From NCBI GenBank assembly GCA_002698305.1, contig NZWR01000006.1, positions 1 through 40,917 of the forward strand: 40,917 nt of DNA, in the 5' to 3' direction. Position numbers and translations under genes: made by a program. A model generated the notes under the pieces. That model searched no databases. It was not told where the DNA came from and saw only the letters and a program-made list of their open reading frames with translations. Positions 35,130 through 40,917 of this stretch are shown one piece after another (position 1 is the stretch's first letter; the number at the start of each line of letters is the position of its first letter). The DNA comes from Candidatus Campbellbacteria bacterium. GTDB taxonomy: Bacteria; Patescibacteriota; Minisyncoccia; Phycocordibacterales; UBA1006.

Positions 35130-35939
35130 TTAATCTACAGCGATATCTTCTTTTTTAAACTGAAGGTAGTTAAGGTCTGGAATTTCAATTTCTAATTTTT
35201 TTCTTAATGAAGAAATCCATTGATTCATTGAGTTCTCAGATATCTCTAGGCTTTCAAGCTGATTTTTATTTATTACTAAAAGCACATCTTCAAGCTTTTC
35301 TTGGTCTTGAGCACATCTTTTTTCCCACATTTTTATTTGCTCAAAGTATCTTTTCCTACTCCTTGTAAAACGACCAATTGCTGAATCAATCCCTCTACTC
35401 AACGAAAATAGCAAATCTCTATCGACATTTTCTTTGGGAATAATTTCTGTGACCATTCGTGAATATTCTGCTAAATATTTTAGAAGTGCTTTGTAGTTAA
35501 TTGGCTCCTTACTATTATCAGATTTATCATCATCGCTAGAAACAGATGTTCGAGAATACTCAAGAGCACATGTTAGCGAACAAATAAACATTACAGGTAA
35601 AAAGAATATATCCTTATAGATTTCTTGGTTATTTAAAAATAAGATAACTTCTAGCTGAATAAAGAAAACTAATATTCCCAATATTAAAAAAGCTATATCC
35701 TTTGTCTTTTTTTTTCTTAAAGCTCTCACCGAAAGATCAAAAAAACTTAAAGATAGAAAACCTGCTAACGCAGAGATTATAACTATGCCAACATAAGCTA
35801 ACCATGGATGGGATAAATTCTCAGGATGCGCATATGTGCTTTCTAACAAGTCATATCTCGTGCCTAAGATTAAACTTAAGCCAATTATCGCTGAAATTAG
35901 AAATAGGATTCCTAAAATAAGAAAAATATATTTTTTCAT
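35130..35939 (-). CDS. Hypothetical membrane protein (4 TM, C-terminal coiled-coil-like domain), cassette 4 first gene
   Basis: Intact ORF downstream of module E. No family recognised. Confidence 0.6.
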   Translation of the reverse strand: MKKYIFLILGILFLISAIIGLSLILGTRYDLLESTYAHPENLSHPWLAYVGIVIISALAGFLSLSFFDLSVRALRKKKTKDIAFLILGILVFFIQLEVILFLNNQEIYKDIFFLPVMFICSLTCALEYSRTSVSSDDDKSDNSKEPINYKALLKYLAEYSRMVTEIIPKENVDRDLLFSLSRGIDSAIGRFTRSRKRYFEQIKMWEKRCAQDQEKLEDVLLVINKNQLESLEISENSMNQWISSLRKKLEIEIPDLNYLQFKKEDIAVD

Positions 35940-35991
35940 AATAAATTATTTAAGGTGTTATTTTATTCATTCAATCATTTAAACATTTATT

Positions 35992-36078
35992 AGTCAACAT
36001 ATAACCTGTTTAAGATTCGAACTAAAAACACTATCTGAAATATAGTGTTTTTTTAAGTAAATAGTGTGTTGCTGGCCG
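35992..36078 (-). repeat. Junction-module half-copy E (promoter, hairpin and GTTGCTGGCCG part only)
   Basis: AGTCAACATATAACCTGTTTAAGATTCGAACT, hairpin at 36024-36054, and GTGTGTTGCTGGCCG. Homology to the other copies stops after GGCCG at 36078. Confidence 0.75.
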
Positions 36079-36231
36079 AGTTGAGCTAGAACCGTGGTCG
36101 GTCAAGCCCTGTAAGGTATATTTATTAAGTTTTGAATATAATTTCAGACCCGTCCTGAGCACCTATATATTTCTCAAAAAGTGACAAAAGTGACACAGGA
36201 AAGCATTTTAAAGTTACATCCGTCTGTAATC

Positions 36232-37353
36232 TTATAAAAGCTCAAAAGGTTGATTAATAACCTCTGAATAATACTGTGATTGTTGTTCCAAATATTTTTT
36301 ACTGTCACTAAAGACCTTTGAATGAGCAGAACCAAATTGGTATGCATTAATCATTCTAGAAAATATCAATTGGTCTTCTTTGCTCCTTAGAAAATTTTCT
36401 CCATCCATTCTCAATTTAGGATGAAAAATAATTGCCTTACAAGGTGTAAGCGGTAAGGCAAGAGTTAAGTTTATATTTTTCATATCCCACCACACCGGGA
36501 AGTTCCACCAACCTCGAGAATTCTCAAAAAACAGAACTGGATTATCAGAGATTACAAATTTATTATCTGTTCCAGTAGTATCCAATATAAGAATATTTTT
36601 CTCATGAATATTTTGACTTATTTCACTCGCAATAATTTGTGAAAGTAATCTAGTGATAGATTCTACACTTTTGCCTGTCAGAGTAATTTTCTTACTATAA
36701 CTATTTAATTCCTCTTGTGTTACCTTAAATGAATTATTAATAATGATATTTTGAACAGTTTTTGGGTTAAATTCATGATCATTAACAAAAAGTTCTTTTT
36801 TGAAATCCAAGTTTTTTTCAGTGACTAAGAAAGAAATAAATTTATGTAGATTTTCATAAAAGTATGGAGTTCTTGTGATCTGGTGAGCAATAAAGGTTGC
36901 AATAATTGATGACTCAAGAAAGGTAAAATTTTGTGTTTTTTTAATATCTTGAATATATCGAACAACTCGCGACATTGATTCTTCTAGGTTTCCATAGACT
37001 TGTTTTTCAGCATAATCAGATTTATTTCCCTGTTTATCATCAAAAATATAGAAGTCTGTTTCTTGTGCTGCGTCTACTATTTTTTCGTCTGTAATACTTT
37101 TATTCTCAATAGAGAAGGCATATACAAAACCTAACTTACTTTGATCATCAGAAACACTAAATTTCTTCAGAATGAACTGAGGTATATAATGACCTCGAGC
37201 TTCACCATTATAAGTATTTTTGTAATAAGTTAATCGCCCAAGAATATTCATAATAAAAAAGATGATTCTTGCCTCAAATCTTGTTTTTCCTAATCTGTTT
37301 CTTAAACAAAAGCCAATAAAAGAACCGTGTTGTTTCGATAACCATTTTCTCAT
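36232..37353 (-). CDS. DUF4238-family protein
   Basis: N-terminal HYIPQFILKKFS matches the DUF4238 signature (HYVPQFYLxxF), about 370 aa. TGCTATTAT lies 6 nt upstream of the ATG. Confidence 0.55.
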   Translation of the reverse strand: MRKWLSKQHGSFIGFCLRNRLGKTRFEARIIFFIMNILGRLTYYKNTYNGEARGHYIPQFILKKFSVSDDQSKLGFVYAFSIENKSITDEKIVDAAQETDFYIFDDKQGNKSDYAEKQVYGNLEESMSRVVRYIQDIKKTQNFTFLESSIIATFIAHQITRTPYFYENLHKFISFLVTEKNLDFKKELFVNDHEFNPKTVQNIIINNSFKVTQEELNSYSKKITLTGKSVESITRLLSQIIASEISQNIHEKNILILDTTGTDNKFVISDNPVLFFENSRGWWNFPVWWDMKNINLTLALPLTPCKAIIFHPKLRMDGENFLRSKEDQLIFSRMINAYQFGSAHSKVFSDSKKYLEQQSQYYSEVINQPFELL

Positions 37354-37456
37354 TTATTTATAATAGCATTTTTATACTACTGTCTACCAAATAATGTTAC
37401 CAACAACCAACCCTATACTCGCTTAGCAAACATTCATATTGCGACATAATGTATAT

Positions 37457-38776
37457 ATGAATACAGTAACAAATGCACAAATAGGTTCAGCCCCAGTCAT
37501 TATTCAAAAAGATATCAACTATGTCCTCTATGCTCGTAAGTCTACTGAGAGTGACGAGAAACAAGCTCTCTCGATTGATTCACAAGTAAAAGAGATGAGA
37601 CAAATAGCAGAGCGAGATAATCTGAATATCATAGATATAAGACGTGAATCACATTCAGCAAAAGATTCAGGAAAACGACCAGTGTTTCTTGAAATATTAA
37701 ATGACTTACGATCTGGTAGATATACAGGAATACTCACATGGGCACCTGATAGGTTGAGTCGTAATGCTGGCGACCTTGGTTCATTAGTTGATTTAATGGA
37801 TGAAGGTAAACTCCAAGAAATCAGAACCTATGGTCAAAATTTCAAGAACTCACCAAATGAAAAATTTCTGTTAATGATTCTTTGCTCTCAAGCAAAGCTA
37901 GAGAATGATAACAAGAGCATTAATGTAAAACGAGGATTACGAACCAGAGTTGAAATGGGATTGTGGCCATCAGTAGCTCCTACAGGATATCTGAACCAAA
38001 AAATGATGGATAAGAAAGGAGAAGTAATTATTGATCCAGATCGAGGTCATATCATTAAACAAATATTTGAGAAAGTAGCCTATGAAAAGTGGTCAGGAAG
38101 AAAGATATACAACTGGCTCAAGTTTGATATGAATTTCAAGACAGCTCGTGGAAATAAAAGTCTTTCACTCAGTAACATCTATCTGATACTAGAAAACACC
38201 TTTTACTATGGTGTTTTCCAATACCCTAAAAAGAGTGGTAACTGGTATACAGGAATTCATAAACCCCTCGTTACCAAAGAACTCTATGATCTCGTACAAG
38301 ATCAAGTGAAAAGTAACATCCTAAGAGTTGAAAACAAAGAATTTGCTTTTACAAAACTTATGACCTGCGGATTGTGCGGTTCTGGTATTTCTGCCGACGA
38401 GAAGTTCAAGAAACTCAAAAATGGAGGCGTTAATCGACATGTATATTACGGATGTACAAGAAGTAAGGATAGGAATTGTATGGGTGGATATATTAATGAA
38501 ATTGATCTGATTAAACAATTTCAGAAACTTATTGAACAAGTGAAAATTTCTGAGAAAAGCATGAGGAACAAGATTAAGGAAGAAGTATCACAAATCAAAA
38601 AGTTTAATCAATTGCTACTTGGTATTGAGCAAGACATCAGCGTCAGCTCAATTGATATTCAAAACTATGCGAAGTTCATTTTGAAAGAGGGTTCGATAGA
38701 TGAGAAACGTGAGTTGCTTGGGTGTTTGAATGGAAAGATTGTTTTGAAGGATAAGAAGTTGGGGTTGGTAAAATAA
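37457..38776 (+). CDS. Large serine recombinase
   Basis: Resolvase catalytic domain (YARKSTESD...DRLSRN), a recombinase domain, the zinc ribbon CGLCGS...YYGCTRSKDRNC and a C-terminal coiled coil. ATG at 37457 lies 6 nt after CATAAT; the track start is a TTG at 37439. Confidence 0.85.
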   Translation: MNTVTNAQIGSAPVIIQKDINYVLYARKSTESDEKQALSIDSQVKEMRQIAERDNLNIIDIRRESHSAKDSGKRPVFLEILNDLRSGRYTGILTWAPDRLSRNAGDLGSLVDLMDEGKLQEIRTYGQNFKNSPNEKFLLMILCSQAKLENDNKSINVKRGLRTRVEMGLWPSVAPTGYLNQKMMDKKGEVIIDPDRGHIIKQIFEKVAYEKWSGRKIYNWLKFDMNFKTARGNKSLSLSNIYLILENTFYYGVFQYPKKSGNWYTGIHKPLVTKELYDLVQDQVKSNILRVENKEFAFTKLMTCGLCGSGISADEKFKKLKNGGVNRHVYYGCTRSKDRNCMGGYINEIDLIKQFQKLIEQVKISEKSMRNKIKEEVSQIKKFNQLLLGIEQDISVSSIDIQNYAKFILKEGSIDEKRELLGCLNGKIVLKDKKLGLVK

Positions 38777-38795
38777 AAACCCATAGTGGGTTTTT
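38775..38795. terminator. Bidirectional hairpin
   Basis: AAAAACCCA-TAG-TGGGTTTTT between convergent genes. Confidence 0.6.
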
Positions 38796-39243
38796 ATTTT
38801 AATCTTTGTAGAATTTCCTTCATCTGAGTAATCTCTTCTTTCTGAGCTGAAACAATATCATCACATAGCTGTATTATTTCAGGATCAGTAATCGAGGATT
38901 CCTGACACACGGTAATGGCTCCTGAGTGATGAGGTATCATTGATTTCAAAAACATTTCATTTCCTACAAATAACTGAGTTCGTATAGCAATAAATGCAAA
39001 CACAAATAATGCAGAACTTGCTATATACAAAATAGTATTAAGTTTTTTATTAGGATACATGCTTCTCATAACATAGAGCATGAGGATTATCATTGGAGGA
39101 ACCATCACCAATGCCATATAAAGAGGTCGGGTACTAAAGAAATACGCATCAGTAATACTATCAATCACTACATATGATAGACAGTACATGATGATAAAAT
39201 GTATTCCTACAGTTGTAAGTAATTTTTTATACATAGATTTCAT
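38794..39243 (-). CDS. DUF305-family membrane-anchored protein (copper-associated)
   Basis: MIPHHSGAI motif with three N-terminal TM helices. Adjacent to the multicopper oxidase. Confidence 0.65.
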   Translation of the reverse strand: MKSMYKKLLTTVGIHFIIMYCLSYVVIDSITDAYFFSTRPLYMALVMVPPMIILMLYVMRSMYPNKKLNTILYIASSALFVFAFIAIRTQLFVGNEMFLKSMIPHHSGAITVCQESSITDPEIIQLCDDIVSAQKEEITQMKEILQRLK

Positions 39244-39249
39244 ATAGTA

Positions 39250-40917
39250 TTATTTTACCTTAAATCCAAACATCATGCCTGCATGTAAGTGCTCTGCAAT
39301 ATGACAATGAGTCATCCAAGTTCCAGGATTCGACATTTCGACCAACACATCAATTGTTTGACCTGTCGGTATCAGCGTTGTGTCTTTCCATTGTAAATTT
39401 TTATTTGGCACACCGTCACGTTCGAGCACCACAAATCGCTGTCCATGGAAGTGAATAGGATGTTGCATTGGATGCATTGAATTTGGATCATTGTAGATAC
39501 GAATTTTGACCAAGTCTCCTTGATTAAATGACCAATCAATATTCATATTCTTTTCTCCTGTCGCTTGATCAATAATTTGCCATTCTATGTTTTGATCGTT
39601 AGACATTTGATTCATCATTGCCATATCATCTTCCCATTCAATCCCATCATTTTGATGATCTTGTGGTTTTTTATTATTAAGGTAAGGCTCACAGCCAGCC
39701 ATGTTCGGCATCATCTGGCAATGTTCAATAGCTTGATCTTTTGTCATTTCCATTCCCATTAAGGTAATTTTTTGAGAATCCATCATCATTGATCCGTGAT
39801 CCATGTTTTGCATATTGTCTCCCGTCATCATACCTTGCATCCCTCCTTTCATTTCAATGTTAAAACGGAGAGATTTGTCGGGTTTCTTTGATAAAAAGTT
39901 GTTGATGTTATCAAGAACAATTTTATAGTCATTACTATTATCTCGCAATTGATTGAAAGTGCTTATTGAAGAATCTTTTTCTGATTCAGTTACTATAACT
40001 TCACCGATTTTTTGACCTCGGTGATTAATAGCGAAGGTACCAGCTTGGGGGTACAACGTTTCTATAACATATCGTTCCGCAGGTGCAATAACAACATTGT
40101 CGATGAATTCTTCTTTTTGGATTCGCCCAACGTCCCCACCAACATGCTTAATTTTTGATCCCTTAAATTCAAGGTCAAAAACACGCGTGTTGGCTACATT
40201 GGTCAAAAAGAAACGATTAAGCTGTCCTTTTTCTACTGTCACCTTGAAATCTTTTTTGTCATTAATGAGCAAGGTATCTCCAAATCGACCCATCAAGGTA
40301 TGAGTGACTTTCTCACTATCAAATTCTTCTTGTTCAAGGAAGTCATCAAAAATAAGATACTCTTCTTGATTTGCTTCACTCCAATATCCTAACTCTCCAT
40401 CTACAATAATGTTTCCATAGAGGCCTAGTTCTTGAGTATAATCCTCGCGTATATGAGGATGGTACCAGTACACACCTTCATCTGGAAACGTCAGAGTGTA
40501 CGAAAATGTTTCTCCTGGTTTAATTGGCTCTTGGGTAATATCAGGAACTCCGTCAAATTTATTATCAAGGCGTAGCCCATGTGAATGAAGGGTGGTATCA
40601 ACGTCAATACTGTTTTTCAGATTCACGGTAACTGACGCACCTTTTTGCACCTTAATAACAGGTCCTGGTATCTGACCATTATAGGCAAGTCGCTTTATCA
40701 TACGACCTCCGACCTCTTGTTTTACGATGCTTGCCTCTAGGTCGAACGTATCTCCGTCTGATAGGTTAATAATAGAACTTGACTCTAGCGTCTTATAGGT
40801 ATCAATGTCATCAATATACGACAATGATTGATTTTGAACTTCTTTAACAGATGTATTATTGTTATTAAAAATAATCAAAACAATAACACCAAGTATTAAA
40901 ATTCCTATAAGGATTAT
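39250..40917 (-). CDS. Multicopper oxidase with a Met-rich insert (CopA/CueO-like), 5' end outside the window
   Basis: Copper-ligand motifs HSHG, WYHPH, HPIHFHG and HCHIAEHLHAGM. The Met/His-rich segment is MKGGMQGMMTGDNMQNMDHGSMMMD. The frame stays open upstream of the track TTG start and encodes a signal-like IILIGILILGVIV. Confidence 0.8.
   Translation of the reverse strand: MILIGILILGVIVLIIFNNNNTSVKEVQNQSLSYIDDIDTYKTLESSSIINLSDGDTFDLEASIVKQEVGGRMIKRLAYNGQIPGPVIKVQKGASVTVNLKNSIDVDTTLHSHGLRLDNKFDGVPDITQEPIKPGETFSYTLTFPDEGVYWYHPHIREDYTQELGLYGNIIVDGELGYWSEANQEEYLIFDDFLEQEEFDSEKVTHTLMGRFGDTLLINDKKDFKVTVEKGQLNRFFLTNVANTRVFDLEFKGSKIKHVGGDVGRIQKEEFIDNVVIAPAERYVIETLYPQAGTFAINHRGQKIGEVIVTESEKDSSISTFNQLRDNSNDYKIVLDNINNFLSKKPDKSLRFNIEMKGGMQGMMTGDNMQNMDHGSMMMDSQKITLMGMEMTKDQAIEHCQMMPNMAGCEPYLNNKKPQDHQNDGIEWEDDMAMMNQMSNDQNIEWQIIDQATGEKNMNIDWSFNQGDLVKIRIYNDPNSMHPMQHPIHFHGQRFVVLERDGVPNKNLQWKDTTLIPTGQTIDVLVEMSNPGTWMTHCHIAEHLHAGMMFGFKVK

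Larger units (their letters stand above)
32062..38790. mobile_element. Candidate accessory island: cassette array plus DUF4238 and large serine recombinase (boundaries tentative)
   Basis: Left edge is where module homology begins (32064). Right edge is the terminator after the recombinase gene. All cargo is unrecognisable or defence-like. Confidence 0.4.

Noticed and set aside
32062-36078. CRISPR array or classical integron
   Set aside because: The repeats are 60-150 bp, composite, and separated by 0.3-1.5 kb of coding DNA, so this is not CRISPR. There is no tyrosine integrase, the cassettes carry their own promoters, and the repeats lack the attC R''-L''/L'-R' organisation, so it is not a classical integron.
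36079-36231. Possible intact tRNA or tmRNA anchoring the array next to module E
   Set aside because: I tried both strands by hand. There is no acceptor complement to CTCGGCC, no canonical T-arm (GGTTCTAGC has no partner stem) and no anticodon stem-loop. It is more likely an att region or plain intergenic DNA.

Overview
AT-rich, gene-dense bacterial chromosomal window with about 46 protein genes and one tRNA, mostly on the minus strand. Content from left to right:
- 1-0.8 kb: a tRNA-Gln followed by small accessory cassettes.
- 0.8-11 kb: housekeeping genes, namely ftsEX, a shortened prfB, a DsbA-like/CxxC membrane pair, typA and an ABC-F ATPase.
- 12-23 kb: a light/UV-protection neighbourhood. 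It holds a carotenoid cluster (crtI, CruF-like, UbiA-type prenyltransferase, crtB, crtE), two photolyase/cryptochrome genes, a DUF2256 zinc ribbon, an alkyltransferase-like protein and small acidic anchored proteins.
- 25-31 kb: a beta-mannoside module with two tandem-GH130 proteins, a PMI cupin, a HAD phosphomannomutase-like gene and a nucleotidyltransferase.
- 31.3-32.0 kb: a type IV pilin.
- 32.06-38.8 kb: an accessory region.
- 38.8 kb to the right edge: copper genes (DUF305 and a Met-rich multicopper oxidase cut by the window edge).

The most unusual signal is in the accessory region. It is a head-to-tail array of four self-contained minus-strand cassettes separated by a conserved 60-150 bp junction module. 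Each module carries a terminator-like hairpin, TTCGAAC cores, a GCTGGCCG...GGGATGATGTTCGAAC arm and, in most copies, a TTGAC -35 box. The array abuts a divergent DUF4238 / large serine recombinase pair. The same module forms the 3' flank of tRNA-Gln at the left edge, where a second array appears to run out of the window.

Other notable observations:
- A pervasive (TGn)TAnnnT-N6-8-ATG arrangement at about 20 genes, implying leaderless mRNAs.
- A 43-bp perfect palindrome that contains both start codons of a divergent gene pair.
- An apparently circularly permuted DsbA-like protein.
- A FeS-BCP-type photolyase homologue without the cluster cysteines.

All protein calls are by-eye motif recognition; no database search was possible. 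Lineage cannot be established. The short RF2, pilin and tandem GH130 proteins hint at a small-genome uncultivated lineage.
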